Positions 28,201 to 49,797 of a stretch of 64,000 bases of DNA are shown here, piece by piece (within the stretch, counting starts at the first letter, position 1; every line of letters starts with the position of its first letter). Made by a program: the position numbers and the translations under genes. The notes under the pieces are model-generated. The model was given only the letters and a program-made list of their open reading frames with translations, made no database searches and had not been told where the DNA came from. The stretch spans positions 297,558-361,557 of the forward strand of contig JAWQFM010000023.1 of NCBI GenBank assembly GCA_033442325.1. Reading direction: 5' to 3'. Origin of the DNA: Salpingoeca rosetta (lineage: Eukaryota > Protista > Choanoflagellata).

Positions 28201-28834
28201 CAAGCAGCAACAGCACAACGGGGAGGCAAGACAATTCCAAGCACCGCCATCATCATCATCATCACTGCCTTCGTCACAAGCGGGCACGACACAGTGGCAG
28301 CGTGCAAACGTGTATGGGTTGCGTGGGGTGTCATCAGCAACGCCGCTGCCACCACTGCCGCGTCAGCACCAGGGCAGCAGGGTGGCTGAAGAGCCCACGG
28401 CCGACTATGGGTTTGAGTATGACGACATGCCTTGCCAAACAACTGCAGTGCCACCGCAGGCACATGCTCCTGGCAATCAACAGCGGCCGCAGCCGCATTT
28501 GTACAATGTTGCGCACTCCAACACGCTCCACCCGTCGCGTGGTAGCAGCAATGCCGTGTATGACAACTGTTTGCCTGCTGTCACTGCTCGTGGTGGTAGC
28601 AGCGGTGACGGCGGCGATGCCGAAGCCACATATGACACGATTGAGGCACCAGCACCACCTCCCATCGTTCCCCGCGCAAACACCAAGCGCAGCCAGCAGC
28701 GGCAGCAGCAGGGATCAGTTCCTGCACGCCATTACGAGAATCCAGCGTACTCGCGGCGCCAGGACGGCGTCACGCTGAGGGCCCGCCCCCACACCTTGTT
28801 CGCTGACGGGGATGATGATGAGCAGCAGGCATGA
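21984..28834 (+). CDS. Amnionless-like type I membrane receptor (16 exons): signal peptide, AMN-type beta-helix 1, FN3, AMN-type beta-helix 2, Thr-rich stalk, SEA-like domain, Cys-rich region, TM, Tyr-rich tail with NPxY
   Basis: Phase-consistent GT-AG exons at 21984-22172, 22552-22752, 22926-23002, 23243-23442, 23799-23932, 24255-24289, 24476-24542, 24745-25046, 25232-25336 and 25532-25601, then approximately 25871-25993, 26434-26547, 26867-26998, 27248-27352, 27648-27707 and 27945-28834. [28 protein letters not shown] resembles the amnionless N-terminus (W..N..F..A.NW....PC....V.F). TM is [23 protein letters not shown], and the tail carries YENPAY. Confidence 0.7.
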
Positions 28835-28860
28835 TGGCGGTGGCGCTGCAGGTGCCGCGT

Positions 28861-28962
28861 GTGTTGTTGTTGCTGTTTAAGTTGTTGTTGTTTAAGTTGT
28901 TGTTGTTGTTGTTTAAGTTGTTGTTGTTGTTGTTGTTGTTGGTGGTGGTGGTGTTGAAGCCC

Positions 28963-29021
<59 letters not shown>

Positions 29022-29052
29022 GGTGGTGGTGGTGATGGTGGTGTTGAAGCCC

Positions 29053-29093
<41 letters not shown>

Positions 29094-29117
29094 GGTGGTG
29101 GTGATGGTGGTGGTGGG
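28861..29117. repeat. Compound (GTT)n/(GGT)n repeat with a duplicated GGTGTTGAAGCCCTT unit and TTTAA interruptions
   Basis: Read directly from the sequence, just 3' of the AMN-like stop codon. Confidence 0.85.
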
Positions 29118-29695
29118 GTGTTTCATCGTGCGTGGCTGGCTTCTTGCTTGTGTCGTATGCATGCATGTGTGCATGCCTGTGTTGTTGTTTTCTGTTTGCG
29201 ATGCGCTGTCTGCTGGCCATCGTTTACTCCAGATGCCCACAACAAGACACAAGCCGCACCAAGTTGCACAAGCAAAAAGTGCAACAGCAATGCAACCCAA
29301 GCACACACACACACACACACACACAAACGAAGTGAATCAATCAATCATACAACCACCGCGCAGCTTGCATCCACTCTCTCCTCTTCACTTTCCCCTGGAG
29401 AACGTCCTTTATGCGCTTCCGTTCTGTCAATGGCAAATTGTCGAGGAGGAAGAAGAAGGATAAAGCAGATCAGCGTTTGTGTGTGAGTGTACGTGAAAAA
29501 CGTGGGCCGTCAAAGCGAGCGGGTGCTGGACAGCAAAGCAGCTCGACGCAGGGCAAAGGAAGTGCCGCAGATCAACACGGCGACCATTCGACAGACGTCG
29601 CATTGAAGCAGGACAAGATACCATGACACAGATGCACGCACACACACACACACACACACCCACACACACACACACACGCACGCACACACACACAA

Positions 29696-29737
<42 letters not shown>

Positions 29738-29977
29738 CATGAAACTACCAGCTCCGGCCCCACACGCGCCTCCCCTCTGCGTTGTGCTTCTTACAGCAAT
29801 GCGCTTGATGTGGATTGTGTCGTTGACAGCTGTGACCAGAACAGTTTGGTTTCCACTCGCAATCTCAATCCTCTTCATTGGCGCCGACTTGAGCACCTGT
29901 CAATATATTCACAAAAGTGTGTTGTCATCCACACGAGAACACAGAGTACTGACGCCCCACCCCACACCTTCACGGCG

Positions 29978-30056
<79 letters not shown>

Positions 30057-30081
30057 TACATCCCACGCTCACCCGGTGTAG

Positions 30082-40273
<10,192 letters not shown>

Positions 40274-41613
40274 CAGCTTCACACCAACCCCCGTGTCTCA
40301 CAAACTTCACAACAGCTTCTGCCACAGCTTCTGTCGCAGCATCACCAGCGAGCCATGCAGCCCCACGGCTGGACTCGATGTCTCTCCTCTATTGTACTTC
40401 TTCTGACACCAGCCGCATCCTGTTCGCGTTCCATCGCCGTTTCGTTCCGGTTTCACTATTTTTCGTTGTTGTCGTTGTCATTGGCCCTGACTTTGTTGAC
40501 ATGTCACTTGCACCGAGCCGCAAGAGCGACGCTGTCCACCTGCTCATCCTCTTGTGTTTCACAGTTGGGGGGGGGGTGTGGACATGACATGCGCCACTCT
40601 TTTTGTTTCGCTTCCTGCAGAACAGCAGCGTCTGAGTGTGGTGCGACGACGCTCGCTCGTTTTGTTCTGGTTGCCCGACGCTTTGTCGTTCGATGCCATT
40701 GGGTGCTCTTAAGATATTCTTCTGGTTCTGTACATGAGGCACGCTCTCGCTGTTTATATCCATCGTCGTGTCATGTCTACTCTATTTTCTCTCTTGGGTG
40801 AACATACTGGTGCTTCCTGCTTGCTTTCCGTTTTTCCTCCTCTCCTTTTCGTTGCGATCGACGCGCGCCACGTTCCTGCCTGCATTCCCTGCCGCTCGCG
40901 TGCATCCCACATTGCCGTGTGCACCACAACTTTTTTCGCACACGCACGCATGTGTGGATGTGGTTGTGGTTGTGCGCGTGCGGGTTGGTATGGGTGGTTG
41001 CTGCTCTTCACCGCTTTGGCGCTTCATGCTTCTTTACCTGTTTCTCATTGATTTGCATTGTCAAGCTTGGTGACATCTGTTCCTTTGTCGTCCTTTAACT
41101 GCAACCTAATCATCGCGACCGACCGACTAAGCAGCCACCACCACACGATTTTTGCTTCTTTGTCTTCGTGTTGTTGGTTTTGGTTCGGGTTGTAACTGAC
41201 GCCTCCCCCCCCCCTCTCTTCTTTCGCACGCCTTGTCGTCTGACACCTTCCTTTGTTTTTGTTTTTTCGTTTCCCCTCTTTCTCTCTTGTAAGCACATTC
41301 GTAACCAAAGAGCAAGCAAGCTAGCTAGCACTAGCCGCACTGTACTGTTGAATAAACCCATCCCTTCATCAAGCAACAAGCAATGCGTACAGCAGCTCTG
41401 TATGTGTGTGTGTGTGCATGCGCGCGTGTATTGAAAATGGTGGCGAGCTGATGCTGAGTTTTCTTGTGAGTGACATTGTGTATTACTGAAAGGACACAGT
41501 GAGATCGAACAAAGTAGCAGATGTGCAGGGGTATTGTAACGTTAATTCTTGGGCGCACACACAACCGAACACCAAAGCACCTTCTCTCGCTTTTCTCGCT
41601 TCTCAGCGGTCAT

Positions 41614-44600
41614 TTATTGGAGTGTTGGCGATGGGCGTGGAATGCCTGCAAGCAACGACTCTCTGCGCTCAAACGCGTGGCGACGGATGACATGCTGATC
41701 CGTCATTGTTGGGGTGATGCGGCCGCATTCACCCTCAATCTCGCCTTCCTCATCGCTCTCATGGATAACTGGCAGCGTGGGTGGTACAGACAGCACACCA
41801 CCGCTACTGCCACCACGCTGCTGCTGTTGTTGCTGTTGCTGCTGTTCCTCCATGATGAGCGGGTCTGACCGACGCCGCTTGACGCGGAGGCGCGCGAGCC
41901 GAATTGCAGCAGCGGCAGTTGTGGTATTTTGCGCGGTCGTGTGCTCTTGTGTTGCTGCTGTGGCTGCTGTTGTTGCTGTTGACTGCGACGATGACGCCCA
42001 TGTGGTGGTGACGGTTCGATACAGTACGAGGCCTGCAGCACCTGCCATGGCCACCGCTGCGGCAATGCCACCGCCAATCAACACCATATTGGAGACGAAC
42101 GCAGCCTGTTCATGATCAGCGTTGCCATCACCTGTGCGGCCACGGATCTCCTCCTGCTCTTGACGCTGCTGCTGTTGTTGTTGCGCTTGTTGATCGTGGT
42201 GGCGTGAGTCATGGTGTGCTGTGCCGGCTGCTCGCTGCCTTCTCTGTCGCGGGCGCGCCCCATCGTTCCACGCCGTGCATCGCATTGGTGACCACAGCCC
42301 ATCTGTGCATGTCATCTGCAACCCAGGCCAGGGCGCGGGGGAGGTGTCGAGGAGACAAGGACAAACCGGTGTGAGCAGTGTGTTCACGGCTGTTTGTTTG
42401 AAAGCGCTGTCGCCACATCAAGCTGAGGGGAGGGGGGTCGGTGGCGAAGAGAACCAGGCCAGACATAAAGACAGAGCCAGACGGACGAAGATACAACCAC
42501 GACCTCAGTTTGGTTGAACTCAACATCAAGTAAGTACACTGCACACACACACACAGACACACACACACACACACAGACACACACACACACATAGACACGC
42601 AGAGACAATCATGTGCGAAAGGCACCCACCTGGCAGGTTGAGTGGATGGATGGCGCGTCGAATTCGCATGTGCTTCCAGTGGGCATGTTTTCACACTCAA
42701 CAATATCGCGCTCTGGCGTGTGGGGAGCATCTGTACACAGCGGCTGTGTGCCCTGAGATCAAGAAGCAAGATGTCATTGGGGTGCATGCGTGCATGTGCG
42801 TGTGCAAGCACGTGTGAATGCGTGGTGTACACACAACTGCAGCAGTGAATGCACAATGCAGGGCATACCCTCATGACATGACAACACAAGGCGGCTCATG
42901 GCAGCTGTGATCCAGACCATGTGCTTGCACCAACACGCGCGTGAGTACAGGGTGAATGCGACGGGTTGATTGACGTACCCTGAACTTTGCTGGCTGTTCG
43001 GATGACGGTGCACTTTGGCGCTGCCGGAGAGCTGCACGGCGGGACCGCTGGACACAACAACAACAACAACCGTGGGGACAACGATAGTGGTTGAGTTGAC
43101 CGTTGTTGGATGAGGTGCGTGGTGTGACCACTACGACACGGGGCTGGGTGCGCTTGCACGGGCATTTAGCAGCAACTACGCGAGCATATGGATTGTCACA
43201 CACACACGCACACACACGCACATACATACACACACACGCACACACGTGCACATACACACGTGCAAACACACACGTGCACACACACACGTGCACACACACA
43301 CACACAAGTGTAGACACGTGCGAGCAAACACAGCGAGAGCACACATACTGCGCATTCGTGCGTGTTGCAGGGGAGAATGTTGAGGAGTGGGGGACAGGCG
43401 GCACCGTTGCCAGCTGGTTCAATCACAACGTCGCGCCGCATGATACGCACGCCGCCACCACACGCTTTGGTGCACGCTTGCTGCTGTCGCCACGGCCCAA
43501 CGACACAATCCACATCTATCGCCAGTCCATGCAAACAGCCGCCAGAGTGAGTGAGTGCATGTGCGTGTGTGAGTGTATGTGTGTGTGTGTGTCTGTGTGT
43601 GTGCGTGCGTGCGTGAGCATGACTCTGTATCCATAGTCACCTCGCCCCTTGCAGTGTGGATACGTTGCTCACCGTAGGCTGCAGCCGCGTTTGGGTCAAT
43701 GTCAATCATAGCATCACCGTCCTCTTTGCACGGGAAAGGGTTGCACACCACGGTGCGTGTTGTTGGACCACACTCTGCGCCACCATTGGACGCAGGTCTC
43801 AGAACCTGCGTCAATGTCAACGTATACAGGTTCGTGTGTGAGAGTGTGGGTGAAAGTGAGCAGGTGGGTGAAAGTGCGTGTGAGCGCAATGCAGCACGAG
43901 CGGCCCATTCGCACACCGCCTCACCTTGCGGCCTTGTCGCTGGGTGCCACGGTTGCACGGTTGAGAGCACCCACCAATGTTCTCCCATTCACTGAGGACA
44001 CAGTCCACAGACTGTGCCTCAGCATTCCCGTCATCATCGCACGGGTTTTCGTTGCATACGACCTTGCGGACCAGCGCTGGGCACTGCGAGTGATGACAAA
44101 CATAGTGTGAGCATATTTTGAAGTGGGTGCATACGACTCGGAGGCATGTTGCTTAACGCACAGGGAAACAGAAAGCAAGCTCCGCAGACAGACCGACAGA
44201 CCGACAGACCGACAGACAGGCAGGCAGACACACAGGCAAGCAGATACACAGGCACACAGACACACAGACACCAGGTAAACAGGCAAACGGGTAGGCAGAG
44301 GGACAGACAGACACACAGACACACACAGACACAGACACACACACACACACACAGACATACAGGCACAGACAGACACACACACACACACACAGACATACAG
44401 ACACAGATACACACACAGATACACACACAGAAACCCCCTCCTCCACCACATGTGCAGACTCACTGGTCGGCCGTTCTCGGAGGGAGGTGCAATCACTTCT
44501 CTCATTTGCTGTTGTGTGCCCCCGCCACAAGCGTGGGTGCAGGCGCTGACATCCACCCAGTCTGACACAACGCAGTTCTGTTCCCCCTGCGCCATGCGCG

Positions 44601-44895
44601 TTTCCTTGTCGAGCACTCGCGCACTGCCTTGCTGGTGGTGCTTGTGCTTCTGTTGCTGCTCTTCCTGATGAAGTGGGGAGCCGATGTGAACGCCTCTTGC
44701 GCGTAGCTTTGCCGACGCAAGGCCTGGCTGGTACTCCTCGGCATTTTCGCTGCCAGGCAGTGCAGCACCGTCTTTTGTTGTTGTATCTCCTGCTGCCCGC
44801 ACGGCTCGCGTGCTCACCAACACACTCGTCAACACCACCGCAACTGCCACCAGCAGCACCTTCCCGACAGCTGCTGTTTTCGATGTGGATGGCAT
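41614..44895 (-). CDS. Type I membrane protein with three spondin-type thrombospondin-1 repeats and a Sushi/CCP-like domain
   Basis: Signal peptide [15 protein letters not shown]. TSRs: NCVVSDW...[10 protein letters not shown]...|[15 protein letters not shown]; DCVLSEW...[15 protein letters not shown]|[13 protein letters not shown]...CNPFPC; DCVVGPW...[10 protein letters not shown]...CNTHEC. Sushi-like segment [12 protein letters not shown]...CQ|[15 protein letters not shown] is [22 protein letters not shown]. Exons between 42.75 and 43.3 kb are not resolved. Confidence 0.75.
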
Positions 44896-45670
44896 CGCTG
44901 CTCTTTTCTCGTCGTGCTTCAGCCGCCCCTCTCAATCTATCTGCCCGTCTGTTCCTGCCACCGTCTTGGCTGCGATGCACACACCATTCACTCGCGCACA
45001 CTCTCTTGGCAAGTGAGTGGTGCGCTGCGAGAGCGATACGGAAGTCAAGGGCACCAAAGCATCGCACACATTCCATCACCACCAGCGTTGTTTTGGTTGT
45101 CGTCCGGATTTTCCTTGAGGAGCAGGAGGAGCTTCAAGGACACACCTCAATAACTCATCTGCCACAGCCGCACATCTGCCAGACAACCTGCCATCACCGC
45201 CACCATGATGAAGTTCCGAACCTTCCAAATCCTCGGCTCTCCTCGCTGTCCCCACTCTCCTCACTGTTGCTTCCCCCGTCTGCTCTCTTGGCCAGTGCAT
45301 CACACCCACCATGCAAGCGAAAACAGGCGAGTGTCATTACGCACACACGCGCGTGCGTGCCACGAACAGCACCACAGCACGCGCCGCTTTTATTTGCTTT
45401 GGTTGCTTCGCATCTCTCACCTCCACACTTACACACACACACACTCTCTCTCTCACTCACTCACTCACTCACTCACTCACACACATACATACACACACAA
45501 TACACACACACACACTTTCACACACATACATATACACACACACACTCACACACACACACAGAGCAGGGCACAGTCTGCACTGCTGACGCTTGACAAGGCC
45601 CGATCCCTGCAACAACCAGAGAAACAAAAGCACCAGCAGGACCGCAACCCGGCTCGTGAGTTTACCAGCA

Positions 45671-48600
45671 ATGGCACCACAGCAGGTGCAGATGCTGGCG
45701 CTGGTCGCTGCGCTTGTGGCGCTCGTTGTTGAGCGTTCGGACCCAACAGATGCGCTGGTCATCGCCAACAGTCGCCTGGAGGTGTGCGAGTCCACAAGCG
45801 CCACGAACCAGCCGCTGTCGTCACTCGGCGGCACTTGCAAGAAGAAACTCGTCATGACCCTGTCCATCGGCAACGGGCAGCAGCTGCCGGAGGTGGTGGA
45901 GGTCACCAACTACATCGAGAACGGCCAGGAGAAGCCCCTTGGACAGCGATATCGCATCTACCCGACCAAGAGTGACGCCTTCGTGAACTACCCGCTCGTG
46001 TACCAGTCGAGCATCAACTCCCTCCCGTACGAGCACTGGTTCAAAGTCAAGCGCAGCAACACGCAGATTGCGTTCTTCTTCGACCCATGCCGCGACGCGC
46101 CAACGGCCGAGCACCCCACGTGCGGGTACTTCGTGCGCAAGGGCGAGCGCATCCCCAACTCGCAGGGGTTCTGCTGCAAGTGCAAGTTCTTTTCTGGTGG
46201 CGGCAACAATGCATACAGGGGTAACCTCAAGTGCAGGCTGTACAGCCCGCACTACTCCTCGGCACACTGCCTGCGCTTTTGGCCCAACTGGTACGACGCA
46301 TGGGAGCTGGATCGCGCGCAGGTCTCGCACACCATCCGCCTCGCCGTGTACAAGGAGACATCGTTCAACGGAACCATACCCGAGCCAACCCAGGCGTGCA
46401 AGGACAGCAACGCGAGGCCAACGAGGCGCGTCAACGGGTTCGCCTTCTACTGCGTGGACGTGCTGTTGATTGGCGTGCAGAACAAGGTTGCGCGCAGCAC
46501 GAACGGCACCGTCATCGCCACGTACCTGGGCGACCTCGCGCCAAGCATTTTTCCGCACGACCTCACCACCCGCGTCCTGCTCACGCCCAACTTCTACCAG
46601 TTCGAGAACTCCACCGACCCCATGTTCCCGTTCCGCCGCTCCCCCGCGCACTGGCTGCTGCTCGACAAGACAGACGTGGACCTGAGCGGCGAGACGTGCA
46701 ACAAGCCGGGGGTCAGCTTCACCGCCTTCTACCAGCACGGGAAGAGCGGCGGGTGCAACATGGACCCGTTCTCGTGCCTGGACAACCAGCCAGCGCACCT
46801 CGTCGCCCAGGACCTCGACCGGTTGGCCGCTGGTAGGGCGGCTCAGTACATGGCAGGCAGGCTGGGGCCACCGCTTGTCAAGCGGCAAGCCGTCGGTGAG
46901 CGTGTGCAGAATATGCTGGCATTCAAGGCCGACATCCCGCAGGAATCGCTCTACACGCTGGAGATTGAGGCGGACGACAGCCGCATCTTCGTGCTCGACG
47001 TCTCCTTCAGCATCTTCGAGCTTGGCGTGTATGGCCTGGCCTCCGTCTCTCGTGACATCTTCCTGTGGATTGAGCTTGCACGACTCGACAAGCGCCCGTC
47101 AACCGTGTACCTCAGCGTCGAGTGCTCAGACCTCGTCCTCCCCGTGCCGACAACAGCGATATCGTGGAAGCAGACAGACACGGGCCACCTCCGTGACGCC
47201 ATCATCCCGCTCCGCACCAGCAGCACGCAGGAGGTCGTGCACACGTGCCGCGTCGAGGCCAAAAACGCCCGCGGGCGCATCACAGACACCGGGTTTGTCG
47301 CCTTCAAGACCACTGCCACATGCGCCTGCCTTGGGCTGTGCGACTGCACGTGCGTGGGGGATCAGCCCGTCGCTTGCTGGGACGACGATGAACCACTTGG
47401 CAACCGCGACGCAGATCAAGGCGACGACGACGACGCCCTTGGCTTGGATGACTTTGGTAAAGGTCTGGGCAAGTTCTTTGATCGCCTGGGGCTCAGCCTG
47501 CCGGGCGTGCTTGGCATTCTTGGCGGCCTCGCTGCGCTGGGCGGCCTGGCCATGTGCATGAAGTTTGGGCTGCTGCCATCCATGCTGTCGTGCGGCACAC
47601 GCGCGCTGTGCTCCGCCTGTGGGTGCGGCATGTGCGGTGGTGACGAGGACGACGATGGCATGGGCGGCAACACCACCACCAACAACACCAACAGCAGCAA
47701 CCCCACGCGCAGCATCTGGGGCCGGCGACAGGCCAACACCCGCCCGACAACCACCAGGCGTGGCCGCACCCGCAACAGGAGGGATGCACGTCGCCCGCGT
47801 GTCGATCGATACGGCAGACCTGTGCCGCGGGGGCGAGACGACGGGCGGCGTGGGCGCAGGGAGCGGGAGTTGAGGCGCAGGAGGGCAAAGGAGACGCACA
47901 TTGGGTGCTTTGTGGACAAGCATGGCAGGTACTACGTCAAGGGTGCAGACGGCAAGCGGAAGTACGTGCACAGGAAGAAAGACTTGAGGAAGGTGGAGAA
48001 GATGGAGCGGAGGAGACTGAAGGCGATGAGGAGGGCGGAGGAGAAGATGAGGAAGAGAGAGGCACGAGGCAGGCGAGGTGAGAGGGACTTGAGCAATCGG
48101 AAGGAAGCACAGGTGAAGACGAAGATGAAGAAGGAGCAGATCAAGATGAACGCGGTGCTGAAAGGAAAGACGGGCAAGGCAGCAAAGGTGGCACTGGAAA
48201 AGCACAACAAGCGCATGCGAAAGTACGCCAAGGATCTACGCAAGGCGCAGGTCAAGGGCGAGCGACGTCGAGTGGACAAGAGGAACAAGGCTCTTCACAA
48301 GACAATGGGGAGTGCCGCTCGTCATCGCGGGCGCATTGGTGCTGTACCGCCACCACCGCCACCACTGCCACCGCAAGCAACGGGAGCAGCAGCAGCAGGA
48401 GCAGTTGTGATGGCGGGTGCGTACGACCCAGTGCACGAGCGCTACTTGCAAGAACGCGAGCGGCAAATCCAGCTTCGCACGCAGCTTCAACACCAGCAAC
48501 AACAGCACCAGCAGCACGCGTTTCAGCGCGCGTCCATCCGCACACGCCGTGTTGGTGAGGATGATGATGCGTGGATGTCAGACATGATTCGCAGGCACAA

Positions 48601-49351
48601 CCGCCCGCTTGCACGCGGCCTGTCACACCTGACATCAGCCTTCTCGCTGGTTTCGCGTGGTGGCAGCGACCGCCGCCGGTTCACACGGCGCAGGCAAACG
48701 CAACGCAGACGCAGCTATGGTGATCGCCATGACGGTCGTGGTGGTGGCAATGGTGGTCGTGGTGGGGACAATGGTCTTGGGGAGTACATGTCAGTTGGCT
48801 ATGCCAGCTCCACCACGACGCTGTGTTCTGTTGCGCCGCCACGCCATCAGCAGAAGCAGCAGCAGCAGCAGCAGCAGGTGCCAGTGGTGCAGGTGCACAT
48901 TCAGCAGCCGCAACCAGTAATGCAACAGCAACAGCAGCAACAGCAACAGCCTCCATCCGGGGTCGTGGCACAGACACTGCCACGGCCTCCTCCATCACAA
49001 CAACAGCAGCAACAGCAGCAGCAACAGCAGCAGCAGACACGCCAGCTGCGCCCTGTTGTGTTGGCGACGCCGCCGCCCCCACCGCCGCGCCAATTCCCAC
49101 CAGCACCATCTGCACCACCGCGCGAGGGGGACCCACACGAGAGCACAGAGAAGCAGCAGAAGCGGCAGCAGCAGCAGCAGCATGATGGGAGTGCTGTGAC
49201 ATCGACCGCTACTGGCAGTGGTAGTGGCAGTGCAAGTCATGCCGCGGCGATGTTTGATGAAATATTCACACAGGACCACGTCAGCATCCCGGAGACCCAA
49301 CAGCAGCAGCAGCAGCAGCAACAGGGGAAGGGCTCAGGCACAAAGCAGTAA
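45671..49351 (+). CDS. HAP2: HAP2/GCS1 class II gamete fusogen, single exon
   Basis: Signal peptide, then IANSRLEVC...CKKKLVMTLSI, YPLVY...PYE, C.D...PTCG...IPNSQGFCCKC...R...C...SAHCL, GETCNKPGVSFTAF and SCLDNQ. These are followed by a TM, a Cys cluster and a long basic tail. The first ATG is at 45671. Confidence 0.95.
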   Translation: MAPQQVQMLALVAALVALVVERSDPTDALVIANSRLEVCESTSATNQPLSSLGGTCKKKLVMTLSIGNGQQLPEVVEVTNYIENGQEKPLGQRYRIYPTKSDAFVNYPLVYQSSINSLPYEHWFKVKRSNTQIAFFFDPCRDAPTAEHPTCGYFVRKGERIPNSQGFCCKCKFFSGGGNNAYRGNLKCRLYSPHYSSAHCLRFWPNWYDAWELDRAQVSHTIRLAVYKETSFNGTIPEPTQACKDSNARPTRRVNGFAFYCVDVLLIGVQNKVARSTNGTVIATYLGDLAPSIFPHDLTTRVLLTPNFYQFENSTDPMFPFRRSPAHWLLLDKTDVDLSGETCNKPGVSFTAFYQHGKSGGCNMDPFSCLDNQPAHLVAQDLDRLAAGRAAQYMAGRLGPPLVKRQAVGERVQNMLAFKADIPQESLYTLEIEADDSRIFVLDVSFSIFELGVYGLASVSRDIFLWIELARLDKRPSTVYLSVECSDLVLPVPTTAISWKQTDTGHLRDAIIPLRTSSTQEVVHTCRVEAKNARGRITDTGFVAFKTTATCACLGLCDCTCVGDQPVACWDDDEPLGNRDADQGDDDDALGLDDFGKGLGKFFDRLGLSLPGVLGILGGLAALGGLAMCMKFGLLPSMLSCGTRALCSACGCGMCGGDEDDDGMGGNTTTNNTNSSNPTRSIWGRRQANTRPTTTRRGRTRNRRDARRPRVDRYGRPVPRGRDDGRRGRRERELRRRRAKETHIGCFVDKHGRYYVKGADGKRKYVHRKKDLRKVEKMERRRLKAMRRAEEKMRKREARGRRGERDLSNRKEAQVKTKMKKEQIKMNAVLKGKTGKAAKVALEKHNKRMRKYAKDLRKAQVKGERRRVDKRNKALHKTMGSAARHRGRIGAVPPPPPPLPPQATGAAAAGAVVMAGAYDPVHERYLQERERQIQLRTQLQHQQQQHQQHAFQRASIRTRRVGEDDDAWMSDMIRRHNRPLARGLSHLTSAFSLVSRGGSDRRRFTRRRQTQRRRSYGDRHDGRGGGNGGRGGDNGLGEYMSVGYASSTTTLCSVAPPRHQQKQQQQQQQVPVVQVHIQQPQPVMQQQQQQQQQPPSGVVAQTLPRPPPSQQQQQQQQQQQQQTRQLRPVVLATPPPPPPRQFPPAPSAPPREGDPHESTEKQQKRQQQQQHDGSAVTSTATGSGSGSASHAAAMFDEIFTQDHVSIPETQQQQQQQQQGKGSGTKQ

Positions 49352-49488
49352 CAGCTGTGTGTCTGTGTGTGTGCCTCTTACGTCGCTTATGGCTTTGATC
49401 TGCGGCTGCGTGTTCATTTCGTGATTGTTGGAAGAGAGGAGTTGTGTATTGGAGAGACAAAGACGACACAGCGCGATGCTAAAAGAGG

Positions 49489-49519
<31 letters not shown>

Positions 49520-49797
49520 GGCTTGAGGAGAAAAGCGAAATGGCATACAGTGGTGTGGTGTGGAATGACAAGACAAAAACAACTGGAATACACAAGCTGA
49601 AGCCTGAGAACGATGGCAGGAAGGGCGAACGCTTCAACGGCGTGCGGGTAAACACTTTCACAAACACACACACACACAGAAATGAGGCAGTTTGTTGCAT
49701 TTCACACGCATGCACGTTAATGCACGAAGCAAACGTACACGTGTAGCCGTGTATGTGCGTGTGCGAGTGCGTGTGCATGCATGCGTACTCGTGTACA

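Noticed and set aside
28732-29220. Minus-strand poly-Q/His ORF
   Set aside because: Pure repeat overlapping the 3' end of the AMN-like gene, with no complex coding sequence or splice support.
45590-45670. N-terminal extension of the HAP2 ORF in the track
   Set aside because: Starts at TTG; the ATG at 45671 directly precedes the signal peptide.
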